Sequence record: LR745208.1
Length of the DNA stretch: 64,000 nucleotides
Reading direction: 5' to 3' (one strand)
Shown here: positions 1 to 9,327 of the stretch, one piece after another
Numbering within the stretch: the first letter of the stretch is position 1
Layout: every line of letters starts with the position of its first letter
Notes under the pieces: model-generated
Told to the model about the DNA's origin: nothing
The model's input: only the letters and a program-made list of their open reading frames with translations
Databases searched by the model: none
Program-made: the position numbers and the translations under genes

Positions 1-92
1 ATAATGTCCTCAATTATCCTCATTTGACCACAGGTGGAAAATCGTACTGACCCTCAATACCTGCCTTATAGCTTACCCTTAACTGTAGAGAC

Positions 93-1535
93 ATGAAGGC
101 CAGGATCACATTATTGGACCCCGAAACCAATTCGGGGAAGGTTCACCAACTAGACTTACTCCATGCGGAGCATATCCAGTACGTCCAATCGTGTGTCAAG
201 TTGATGGTCTCCAACCGAATCTTCAATGTCCTCCCCTCAGGTCGGAAATCCTACTTCCCAACCTCGGAGATACTCTCTTCCCAACTAGTCAAAAACGCTC
301 AAGCTCAAGCAGTCGAGTTGGTTCATGGTTGGGTCAACGGAGTTTACGGTCGAACCCTCAAAGCCAAGATCACGGGACTCAAAGAAGACGGTACTTACAG
401 TGACTTGGAAGCCCTTCAGCTTTACACAATTGGGAAGTACCGGCTGACCCATGGAGGGAAATTTGGGAAGGGGACGATCTCTCAAGAACTCGTTGACCTG
501 TATTGGTCGTGGGTCTGGAATCCCGAGACTGTTGGAAACCCACCTACAATCAGCGAGCGATTTCCCCTGCGATTCACGGAGATGACCTGTACCTTCCGAG
601 AGTCCGGAGCATCTCATTTTCACGGTTGGTGGCTCAAGTTCTCCTCTTTGACTCGGTACAAAACCATCTTCCTTCCCCTCAAAGAGTCCCCCTTTCTTCG
701 TAAACGCAAGGATGTCCAGCTGACGGTCCTGGCCGCGAAGCGCCCCGACGGTCATTGGACCTTCCAATTCTCTGAGAAGTCAGAAGATCCGGTTCTCGAT
801 GGTTCGGCTGGCAAGTTGGGGATTGATGTTGGCTTGAATGTGTTGGCGGCCACTTCAAGCGGAACCCTCTATGGTCAACGATTTAAGGCCAAGTTCAACA
901 GGCTCCATAAGAGAGCTCAGTCCATCCGAGCTAACAGGAAACGACAAGGGTTCTTGGAGGATAGCCGTCGGTTGTGGGCCATGGAGCGGAGGCTCTCCGG
1001 CCAGATCAAGACGGCAACGAATACGGTAGCTAACCAGCTCGTGAAGAGCCACCCAAACACCACATTTGTGGTTGAGGATTTGGATCTCTCCAGTGCACCT
1101 GGGTCGAAAAGGTTTGCCTACAGGGCCCTTCAATCGAGTCTGGAGAGGAAAGCAGTTACGGAGAAGGTGAACCCGGCTTATACGAGTCAGGAATGTCCTT
1201 CGTGTCATTTCGTTTCCCGGAGTAACCGTCGGGGAGTAAAGTTTGTCTGCCAGAGTTGTGGCAGAAAGAGTCATGCGGATTTTGTTGGGGGATCCAATCT
1301 GCTCGGACGTTCCGGGGATAACCAGATTGGGTTGAAAACCTCAGTGAAGTCGGTGAAAGCGATCTTGGATGAAAGGCACCGCTTGCGGTTCAGATCACCA
1401 AGATCCCTGTTAGAAGGAGCTCACACCGATGAGCCCGAAGCTTACTGTGGGGGTATGGCTGGTAACAGCCTCACCCGCATAGCTCCAAAACAACCGATAC
1501 CCATTAAACCTCGCAAGAGGGATAAACGCGTATAG
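93..1535 (+). mobile_element. tnpB: IS200/IS605-family TnpB RNA-guided nuclease, no TnpA in window
   Basis: RuvC motifs LGIDVG, VVEDL, HADFVG; zinc finger CPSC..CQSC. Confidence 0.9.
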
Positions 1536-1542
1536 ATTGTCA
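1380..1542 (+). ncRNA. probable TnpB omegaRNA/right end
   Basis: nested stems TGTGGG/CCCGCA and GGCTG-GTAA-CAGCC over tnpB 3' end; TCAAC near 1538-1542; boundaries uncertain. Confidence 0.5.
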
Positions 1543-1599
1543 ACGGTAAGGAAGTGGAGGTTGGCCAAGGCATCCGAGGTGAAAGGGTAGTCCCCCTGT

Positions 1600-1646
1600 C
1601 GATTTCCCTAAAAATTACCCTTCTCGTGCCGATAGGGTATTGAAGG
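1600..1646 (+). promoter_or_regulatory. sigma28-type promoter cassette
   Basis: CGATTTCCCTAAA-N15-GCCGATAG; heads ORF 1660. Confidence 0.8.
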
Positions 1647-1659
1647 CAGGTAGCTCATC

Positions 1660-1944
1660 ATGGACACCGATCGCGACATGGAAGAAATCGAAGCAGGCAG
1701 CGAGATCGAGCCCCTCTACGAGGACGACTTCGACCTTGACAACATGAGGGGACACCAGGGGGAGCCCACGGACTCCGAGGACATGGATGATTCCGACGAC
1801 CATGACCCCGATGACGATGACGAGTCCTACGAGGACGACGATTTCAACGATTCCATGGACGGTGATCATGCGTCGGCCTTGGCCTCCGCGGGTTGGGGAA
1901 CTGACGAAGATTATGGCACCTTCAACGCCTTCGGGGAGGAGTAG
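1660..1944 (+). CDS. highly acidic small phage protein
   Basis: about 39/94 residues D/E; C-terminal SALASAGWGTDEDYG. Confidence 0.8.
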   Translation: MDTDRDMEEIEAGSEIEPLYEDDFDLDNMRGHQGEPTDSEDMDDSDDHDPDDDDESYEDDDFNDSMDGDHASALASAGWGTDEDYGTFNAFGEE

Positions 1945-1945
1945 G

Positions 1946-2203
1946 GTGGTGCTCTGGCCCCCCCAGCCCCAGGGCTACACCAAGCGCACCGTCAAGGACT
2001 ACCAGCCTGGGGATGCCATCGGATATGCTCGGGCCTTCCTGAAGAGCACGGGTATGGCCACGGATCCACGCTGGAGCCAGCGGGGGAAGGTCGTGGGACC
2101 CAAGGGGGCCTTCCTCGAAGTCCAGTGGGCGGACCCTGAGGGCACGTCTCTGGTCCATCCCAACAATATCGCCAAGGTAGGAACGGCCGCTTGGGCGGAT
2201 TGA
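1946..2203 (+). CDS. hypothetical protein (GTG start)
   Basis: 3' part of ORF 1787..2203, abuts previous stop. Confidence 0.6.
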   Translation: MVLWPPQPQGYTKRTVKDYQPGDAIGYARAFLKSTGMATDPRWSQRGKVVGPKGAFLEVQWADPEGTSLVHPNNIAKVGTAAWAD

Positions 2204-2248
2204 CGATTCTACTAAAAATCTTCCATCTCGTGCCGATAGGGTGTAAGG
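2204..2248 (+). promoter_or_regulatory. sigma28-type promoter cassette
   Basis: motif copy; heads ATG 2263. Confidence 0.8.
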
Positions 2249-2262
2249 AAGAAGAGAGCACA

Positions 2263-2466
2263 ATGAACCTCGTGACCCGCTCGGCCCGAAAGATGATCCG
2301 TCGATGTTGTGGGGATCACTCCCTCTCGGAGTTCAAGGCAAACGCCCACCGCGCAAATCGTGCGCGGGTCAAGCGAACCCTCGCCCAAGTCGCCTCGGGC
2401 AACATGGAGGATGCCAACCTCATGCCCGTTCGAGCGCACATGATCACCGCGTATGAGGTAGACTGA
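2263..2466 (+). CDS. small basic hypothetical protein
   Basis: ATG after promoter cassette. Confidence 0.7.
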   Translation: MNLVTRSARKMIRRCCGDHSLSEFKANAHRANRARVKRTLAQVASGNMEDANLMPVRAHMITAYEVD

Positions 2467-2574
2467 GCCATGAAAACCACCCTCACTGAATTCCTTCACG
2501 ATGTCATGGTCGGTGCCTTCTCCACCCTCGCTGTGCTGGTCCCGGTGCTTTGGCTATCCGGACAGGTATGACCG

Positions 2575-2865
2575 TTGTTGTTTTCACCTACCAGCGGGGG
2601 TACTTCCAGCATGGCCGTTGTTGAGCGATGGTCCGCCAAGATGGCTGATGGCCAAGAATTCCAGATTTCCCTGACGTATACAGGGATGGAGGGGTTCGGC
2701 TACGTCATCTACAACGTGGTTGACAACAAGCCTTGCATCCGGTCTACTCAGACGGGGCGGGGGTCAGACTTCAGTGCTCTGGCCCGAGCCCAGTTGGAAC
2801 TAGGGGAGAACATTGGACGTTCTGTCGTGATCTCCATGACCAAGTTGCCTAGGGGGGCATTATGA
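2575..2865 (+). CDS. hypothetical protein (start uncertain, possibly 2611)
   Basis: ORF coupled to next gene. Confidence 0.55.
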   Translation: MLFSPTSGGTSSMAVVERWSAKMADGQEFQISLTYTGMEGFGYVIYNVVDNKPCIRSTQTGRGSDFSALARAQLELGENIGRSVVISMTKLPRGAL

Positions 2866-3326
2866 TGGAATCAATTTGTACGTTTCTCGCATCCGCGCCG
2901 CATGCAGAGGTATGTCCGGCGCGGGCCGATGAAGATGCAACCTGCGTGTGTGGCCTGTGGGATGCCCGCAACGAGCTTGAGTGCCTCAACACATCCTATA
3001 ACGCCTACTATCGCGACGAGGACTGGAGGGCCGGTTCACCGGAGGTCCTCGCGGAGATCCTCGTGAGTAAGCGTTTTCGATCACGGCCAAAGCTGGATGT
3101 GACAGTGACCTTGGATTTGTCCTGTGAGGATCTGGCGCGATTTGATGCTGCTTTTGCGAAGTGTCTGGCAGTCTCAGAGAGGAAAGCAAAACTTGGGGAT
3201 TTGCATGAGGCACTGCGCCGCCAGCAGGAGGACCGATCGCGTCTGGCTGCACATGCGCTCACCGAGATTGATACAAATATCGCTGGCATCGAGGCTCAGA
3301 TCGCTGCGTTGAAGTCAGAGACCTAG
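2862..3326 (+). CDS. hypothetical protein with C-terminal coiled coil
   Basis: ORF, overlapping start/stop. Confidence 0.65.
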   Translation: MMESICTFLASAPHAEVCPARADEDATCVCGLWDARNELECLNTSYNAYYRDEDWRAGSPEVLAEILVSKRFRSRPKLDVTVTLDLSCEDLARFDAAFAKCLAVSERKAKLGDLHEALRRQQEDRSRLAAHALTEIDTNIAGIEAQIAALKSET

Positions 3327-3361
3327 AAGACGGAATCAACCAAGAAATGTTGGGGTAGTGT

Positions 3362-3410
3362 CGATTTCTTGAAAAAGTGGGCTATCCCGTGCCGATAGGG
3401 TTGTGAGAGA
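3362..3410 (+). promoter_or_regulatory. sigma28-type promoter cassette (TTGAAAAA variant)
   Basis: motif copy; heads ORF 3420. Confidence 0.75.
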
Positions 3411-3419
3411 GCAAACAAC

Positions 3420-3611
3420 ATGAAGACCCTGAAGACCATCGGACGTTCCGCCAGTGCTGTTTCTGCCCAGTTCCGTACCGGGGCAGGTTCGATGCATGAT
3501 CGGCGAGCCCCCAGGGGTGGTGCCTGCAACGATGTCAGGGAGCTCATGGACTCCTACATGGAGGACCGTGAGGTTCAGGGGGAACTTGATTCGATGGTTG
3601 ATGAGGGCTGA
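3420..3611 (+). CDS. hypothetical protein
   Basis: ATG after cassette. Confidence 0.7.
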   Translation: MKTLKTIGRSASAVSAQFRTGAGSMHDRRAPRGGACNDVRELMDSYMEDREVQGELDSMVDEG

Positions 3612-3638
3612 AAATCCCGACTGTTGCTGGAGTTGAAC

Positions 3639-3971
3639 ATGAATACGACGTGGTGTAAGCTGGCGAGTGGGTCGTGGGGACTCAAAATCGTGGGGACCGA
3701 TGAAGAGTTGGCCGCCCTGGTGGTAGGTGCCCCACTCAAGGTGGCTCGGCAGGACGGCACGTCCAGCATGGAAACACCCACCGCGATTTCTCTGTTCCCT
3801 GGGTATGCCCAGGCGTCCATCGTTGCAAAACCGAAGGCAGCCGCAACCACCCGACCAGTCACAGCTTCCCGACGATCCAACTGGCGCCCCTGTGGCTACC
3901 CAGGATGCAGCCCATCGTACTGTGATGAGTGTGACGGGGTAGGGTACCGCTCCGGACGTGGTGGATATTGA
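3639..3971 (+). CDS. hypothetical protein with C-terminal Cys cluster
   Basis: CGYPGCSPSYCDECDG. Confidence 0.7.
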   Translation: MNTTWCKLASGSWGLKIVGTDEELAALVVGAPLKVARQDGTSSMETPTAISLFPGYAQASIVAKPKAAATTRPVTASRRSNWRPCGYPGCSPSYCDECDGVGYRSGRGGY

Positions 3972-4170
3972 CATGCGTGACATGTACGCTCGGATCATAA
4001 GGTACACATGGCCCGCAACCACACGACATGTCCCCATGGGCACTGCCATGTGGATGGACGGAATAATTCCGCCCCTCAAGCAGATTGCTCCCCCAAGTCT
4101 TCGGCCGGAGTGTAATACCAATATCGAACCTGAGGGGAACAAATATCCCCCACGGTCTAAGGAGAGAGAC

Positions 4171-5014
4171 AATGACGACTACGATCAAGATGGGCCAGTG
4201 TCAGGAACCAATTCTCAAGTGTCTGCACCAGCACGGGGGTAGCTTCGCGGCTGCTGAGGTGACCGCCGAGGTGATTACCTCCATGGGGGCCGCTTCGGAA
4301 GGGGATGCGGGCAAGAAGTCCCGTCAGGCTGTGACCAACGCGGCCTTCGAGCTGCGGCAGCGGCATTGCATGACCAGTAATGGCAAGGTCTGGACGCTGA
4401 CCGGCCTCGGGACATCCGTGGCAACGGGAAGCACCGGAGGCAAGATCCCAGCTCGCGACTACAAGGCGGATCTGGTTCGGGTCCGTGCGCCCAACGGGGA
4501 AAGGGCAAAGGATGTCGCTCCGGAACCTTCGGGGGATGCAACCTCAGAGGGGGATACTTCGCAGGAAGCATCCGCTCAGATCTCGGCTGAAGCGACCGAA
4601 GAGGGCACAGCCACAGAGAGTGTCTCCCCCCCGGTGGATCCACATGCCGCGACGGATCCGGCTCCTGCGGCTACACCCCCCCGGCAGCGTCGCATGAAGG
4701 TGGCCAGCGCGGCCCCTCAGCAGCAGGGGGTGGAGGACCCACGCATCCAGGAAGCACGCCTGAAGACGGAATGCTTCGGCGGGTGGTCGTCCAAGGCTCG
4801 CCCCTGTGAGGGATGCCCTGTCTCTCGTCAGTGTCGGGAGGGTCAGGCAGCGGCAATGATGCACCTTGCAAGCTATCTCAAGGCAGCAGTTGTCACCGAT
4901 GCCATGAAGAACCTTCACACCACCCTCATCACGGGGATGTTGGAGTCCCGCGTCCGTGTGGCTCCCGTGTGGTCAGCCCCCGTGCTGACCGTGGTTCCTC
5001 CGGTCGAGGAGTAG
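4171..5014 (+). CDS. Mrr-N-like winged-helix protein with C-terminal Cys motif
   Basis: PILKCLHQHGG..WTLTGLG; CFG..C..C..C. Confidence 0.6.
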
Positions 5015-5018
5015 TTCG

Positions 5019-5516
5019 GTGTCCACGGGGACATCGGCAGAACAAGCTCTAGCCCCATTTCGATCCGTCTTGAATGACCCCAACACCCCCCTGCCTGAAA
5101 AGATTCGGGTGGGGGCTGAGTTGTGGTTGTTGATTGACCTAGCCGAAAAAGTCTTGGGGCCGTTCAAGGAAGAGCTGAGATCAGCTGCCTTGGCCCAGCT
5201 TGGTGGGAAAAAGGACTCTGTGACCTTCGACGGGAATGGGTTTTCTCAAGCTCGGGTAACTGTGCCTGAGGAGATTGTCAAACTCGAACCTAAGGCACAG
5301 GCTGCCCTCAATTCCTTCCAGGGGCTGTCCCTTGAAATGGCAATCTTGGAAGATGTGTTCAACAGCATCTATAAGGTGGACTTGAGGTCCAATTCGGTAG
5401 CTGCCTTCAATGCACTCCCCGAGGATGCCAGACGGCACATGGCCCACAAGGTCAAGATTGACATGAATACCCCGAGAGTATCCCTGCAAACCTTCAATGG
5501 GGTCGACCCCCTGTGA
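5019..5516 (+). CDS. hypothetical protein
   Basis: 165 aa ORF in operon. Confidence 0.7.
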   Translation: MSTGTSAEQALAPFRSVLNDPNTPLPEKIRVGAELWLLIDLAEKVLGPFKEELRSAALAQLGGKKDSVTFDGNGFSQARVTVPEEIVKLEPKAQAALNSFQGLSLEMAILEDVFNSIYKVDLRSNSVAAFNALPEDARRHMAHKVKIDMNTPRVSLQTFNGVDPL

Positions 5517-5963
5517 GTGAACATGAAAGCATGGTGGTTACGTGACATACTACCTGGAGGCTTCAGCCCAGTTGGCCCCACAGAATCTGTCCCCCAAGCG
5601 AAAGCATCAGGGGGGTGACCTAATGGGATACAATATCTGGCAAACCGAGGCAGACTTCAAGATAACAGCTGAGCGCCAACACTGGCGGATGCGGTTCCGA
5701 GATGAGATGTGCCATGACAACGTGGATCTTCACACCCGTTCCTGCCAGGAATGAGTCGGATGTGTGTCCGACGTGTGGGGGAGACCTATCCACCAAACAT
5801 TCCACTCCATGCCCCCGCGGGGAAGGTGTAACCATGTGGGCGATTGTGGAGACGTTTGAGTTTGATGATGAGAACGAGTCCCCGTAGCTCAGATGGACAG
5901 AGCGGTGAATTCCTAATTTACAGGTCACACGTTCAATTCGTGTCGGGGACGCTAGGTGAAACA

Positions 5964-6386
5964 ATGAATGTCAAACAAGTAATCGTGATCCGTAAGGACA
6001 TCAAGATGAGGCGAGGGAAGGAGATTGCTCAGGGGAGCCATGGCAGCATGGCCTGGATGTCCGAAGTGATCCGAAACCACACGAGAGATCATCAGGACTC
6101 CTGTGTGGACTACTTGAGTAATGGGTACCAGCCAATCGACCTGACCCCGGAACAAAACGAGTGGCTCATCAACGGGCTGTTCACTAAGATTGTGACTCAG
6201 GTGGATTCAGAGGCAGAACTCATGTCCGTCTTCCAAGCCGCCACGGATGCAGGTCTCACAGTGCATTTGATCACCGATGCTGGTCTGACCGAGTTTAATG
6301 GGGTGCCTACCCGCACCTGTCTGGCAATTGGTCCCAACAAGTCTGAGGAAATCGACAAGATCACCGGGCACCTGAAGTTGTATTGA
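5964..6386 (+). CDS. pth2: peptidyl-tRNA hydrolase, Pth2 family
   Basis: KQVIVIRKD..GKEIAQGSH, KIV, DAGLTE, LAIGP..IDKITGHLKL. Confidence 0.92.
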   Translation: MNVKQVIVIRKDIKMRRGKEIAQGSHGSMAWMSEVIRNHTRDHQDSCVDYLSNGYQPIDLTPEQNEWLINGLFTKIVTQVDSEAELMSVFQAATDAGLTVHLITDAGLTEFNGVPTRTCLAIGPNKSEEIDKITGHLKLY

Positions 6387-6389
6387 CCA

Positions 6390-6695
6390 ATGTCCAACGT
6401 CATCAAGATAGCAGAATTCCAAACTCGTAAGGACCACCGCAATCGACGGGATAGGGCGCGGTGGGCCCACAAAAAGGCTTCCCTGAGGCCCTTGGAGCCA
6501 CCAGATCTGCCCGATACGAACCGGTGTCAGGCTTGGCACCAGGGCGGGCAATGCGCCCTGGATATTGGACATTACAGGCCCAACCTGGATTTGAACCCCT
6601 GTCCTCACATTTTGGAGAATGGGACGGAATGGTTTGGTGTTGGTGATTGGGCGTCAGTTGCATACTTGACCAGTGGCATACTTGACAGGATCTAG
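6390..6695 (+). CDS. hypothetical protein
   Basis: ORF in operon. Confidence 0.55.
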   Translation: MSNVIKIAEFQTRKDHRNRRDRARWAHKKASLRPLEPPDLPDTNRCQAWHQGGQCALDIGHYRPNLDLNPCPHILENGTEWFGVGDWASVAYLTSGILDRI

Positions 6696-6817
6696 ACCGT
6701 GCTTATCATGGGGGCCATGCACCACTAACTGCCGTACTGTCGTGGCCCCCCTCTAGCATTGGTCTGCCCAATTTCATCTCAAGTGAAGGTCAGTCGATGT
6801 AATCAAGGAACAAGGTC

Positions 6818-7222
6818 ATGAATCCAATCAAGTCACGGTTTCTCAAGTCCCCCAGCTACCGGGCCGTCCAGCTCGCCTACGCTTTCCTGCGTGAAACCCC
6901 CTACCGTAATGTGGAGGCGGTCACCGGCCAGGACAAGATGGACAAGGCCCCTCGGGAGTATGCCCGTAGCGTCCTCGCCTTGGATGTTGCCACCTACGTG
7001 CTGTGGCTCTCCGAAGAGGGTGCGATCGACCCCAAGAACACGTCCCCAGCCTGGGGTTACCGGGCTGCGGAGGCCAAAGCTTTGAAGCCCAGCATCCTGG
7101 AATGGATGCTTCTTCCCGAGACTCCTGAGCGGGCAGAGAAGCGACTGGGCATCTACAATGCCTACATGGCCCGTAAGAAGGAAGTGGCAGCCGCCCATAT
7201 GGCAGCCAGGAAGCTGTCGTGA
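6818..7222 (+). CDS. phage hypothetical protein
   Basis: R..QLAYAFLR..PY..VE. Confidence 0.75.
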   Translation: MNPIKSRFLKSPSYRAVQLAYAFLRETPYRNVEAVTGQDKMDKAPREYARSVLALDVATYVLWLSEEGAIDPKNTSPAWGYRAAEAKALKPSILEWMLLPETPERAEKRLGIYNAYMARKKEVAAAHMAARKLS

Positions 7223-7596
7223 AGGAACGGCTGTATCTGGTGGTCCGTTCGGATTTGCCACCTGGGCTCCAGATGTCTCAGGTGGTGCATGCCATGGTGG
7301 CGTTCGACCGTGCTCATCCGGGGGTCTCGGAGGCATGGCAGGACAGCTCCAACACCATCTCAATCCTGTCTGTCCCCAATGAGGGGGCCCTCAGGAAATT
7401 GGCAGATGAGATTGATTGTTGGGGGGATGCCCCTTGGGTACCTTTCTATGAACCGGACCTGGAGGGCAGCATGACGGCTCTGGCACTAGGACCAGGGTAC
7501 ACCTCCCAGCGTATGGTGCGAGGGCTGCTCCCTGCATTGGACCCCAAGGTGGCTTACTACGCAAGTGCAGAGTTCGACACCAATCCCCATCCCTGA
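7219..7596 (+). CDS. second, divergent Pth2-like protein
   Basis: LYLVVRSDL..G.QMSQVVHA, FYEPDL..MTALALGP. Confidence 0.75.
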   Translation: MKERLYLVVRSDLPPGLQMSQVVHAMVAFDRAHPGVSEAWQDSSNTISILSVPNEGALRKLADEIDCWGDAPWVPFYEPDLEGSMTALALGPGYTSQRMVRGLLPALDPKVAYYASAEFDTNPHP

Positions 7597-7628
7597 TCCA
7601 GCGGTATCGGTGTGGCCGATACCCCCAA

Positions 7629-7703
7629 GCCCCATTGAGACATAGCGGCCTAATGCTCTGAGCTTTAACCTCAGGATCGCGAGTTCAAATCTCGCATGGG
7701 GCA
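7629..7703 (+). tRNA. tRNA with UUA anticodon (putative ochre suppressor, Glu-like body)
   Basis: acceptor GCCCCAT/ATGGGGC, anticodon arm CTGAG-CTTTAAC-CTCAG, T arm GCGAG-TTCAAAT-CTCGC. Confidence 0.8.
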
Positions 7704-7727
7704 CCCGCCAAAGGTGTAACTACAATC

Positions 7728-8306
7728 ATGAACATGACCCCCAAAGAAAAGCAACAGGTCGCAGAGAGCGTGATGGTGCTGCGTGATGTTCTCAAGGGAT
7801 ATGACTCCTTGGTGGAGGACAAGCACAATCTCCTGGAAGGTATCAAGAAGATAGGGGATGCCCTGAATGTTTCCTGGGAGTGCATTCCAGGACAGTACAT
7901 AAAGTTTGCGAAAAATGGTGGCGGGATGGTCGCAATCATCCTGGAGATCCTCAAGGATGCCAGCCACAACACAAGCCTCAATAGTCATACCTTGGGGCAT
8001 GAGCGAGAAGCCCGTGAGAAGGGTGCCCCAATCACACCTTTGGAGGAGGCAAAGAAGCAGATCGCCTACCTGACTTCCAAGCTGGATGCTGCCAACAAGG
8101 AACTGGCCCAGCGTAAGGAAGACGCCACCGCATGGTGTCAGGTTGACGAGTCCAATCCAACGGAAGTAGCTCTACGGGATCTGGTATACGAATGGGCTCG
8201 AACGGAGACCCGGGGGACCACCCCGTTTCGGGAACTTCAAGGTTTAGTGCTAGCTGCCCTTGTGCATTCCCTGATTAGCCGGGAGAAGTCATGCGTGTCC
8301 TCCTGA
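7728..8306 (+). CDS. hypothetical protein
   Basis: 192 aa ORF. Confidence 0.65.
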   Translation: MNMTPKEKQQVAESVMVLRDVLKGYDSLVEDKHNLLEGIKKIGDALNVSWECIPGQYIKFAKNGGGMVAIILEILKDASHNTSLNSHTLGHEREAREKGAPITPLEEAKKQIAYLTSKLDAANKELAQRKEDATAWCQVDESNPTEVALRDLVYEWARTETRGTTPFRELQGLVLAALVHSLISREKSCVSS

Positions 8307-8521
8307 CCCCTCAGGACATCCTCAAGGTATTCGAGGATTACGAGTATGACGAGCATTGTGGGAATTGTTATGACGTCCACAACCAAGACGCCCATGGACA
8401 CTACGACTCTTGTGAGTTTGCGGACAACCGAGATGCTCTCATCCGGCTGGCAACCTTGATTGTGGAATTCGCCAGCAGCCCTTCCACGCTACGAAAAGGC
8501 CCAAAGCCGTGGCACCGATGA
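8291..8521 (+). CDS. hypothetical protein
   Basis: overlapping ORF. Confidence 0.55.
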   Translation: MRVLLTPQDILKVFEDYEYDEHCGNCYDVHNQDAHGHYDSCEFADNRDALIRLATLIVEFASSPSTLRKGPKPWHR

Positions 8522-8535
8522 CGGTACAGTGAAGT

Positions 8536-9327
8536 ATGGTAACAGTCATTGGCATTGCTGGCAACTCAAGCGCAGGCAAAGACACCGTGGCCAACCTTCT
8601 TGTCGAGCGGGGTTTCACGATTGTGTCCTTCGCTGATGAGCTGAAACGCCTTGCTGGCCGGATCTTTGACTATGATGCCAACACCCTCTTTGGGGAACCC
8701 GCATGCAGGAATGCGCCGGACCCCAGAGCATCCGACCCAGCCTACTGGAAGGGGGTTTGGGATCGGGTGGATGTTAACCAAGGGCGGCTAGTGAAACTAT
8801 TTAGGGATGCCCCGATTCCCATCTCGGAATGCAGGATCACCAGGACATTTACAGAGATGGTGTTGGAGTTCCTCCATCGGCGAGAGGGTATGACGGCCCG
8901 GCGCTGTCTGCAGCAAATGGGCACCGCCTGGGGCAGGGCACTGTGGTCAGACGTGTGGATTAACACGGTCAGAAATACCGTTCAGCACCTGGAGCAGGGC
9001 TGGTCCTACACCCGACAGGGGGGCCCCGTGGACCCCGATACCTGGGGTACAGACCCACATGTGCATGTGTGTATCTCGGACTCTCGGTTCGCCAATGAGG
9101 CACAGGCCGTCCGTTCCCTCAAGGGTGGCAAAATGATATGGCTTGAGGCGTCCCTTCGGGCGCCAAGGAATCCCAGCATCGCACATGACTCAGAGCCCGT
9201 GAGGGAATCCTTCATCGTGAATGGGGTAGACCTGATCGACTACGACCTGGACAACAACGGGACCCTGGAGTCTTTGCCCGGGAAGTTGGATCTAGCCCTC
9301 ATTGCTCTTGCGGAAGGGTTATCATGA
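8536..9327 (+). CDS. deoxynucleoside monophosphate kinase
   Basis: IGIAG..SAGKDT, FADELK, LQQMGT, SDSRFANE. Confidence 0.88.
   Translation: MVTVIGIAGNSSAGKDTVANLLVERGFTIVSFADELKRLAGRIFDYDANTLFGEPACRNAPDPRASDPAYWKGVWDRVDVNQGRLVKLFRDAPIPISECRITRTFTEMVLEFLHRREGMTARRCLQQMGTAWGRALWSDVWINTVRNTVQHLEQGWSYTRQGGPVDPDTWGTDPHVHVCISDSRFANEAQAVRSLKGGKMIWLEASLRAPRNPSIAHDSEPVRESFIVNGVDLIDYDLDNNGTLESLPGKLDLALIALAEGLS

Noticed and set aside
7629-7703. Genome-wide stop-codon reassignment
   Set aside because: TAA, TAG and TGA all terminate well-formed genes with coupled downstream starts; coding density is high under code 11.
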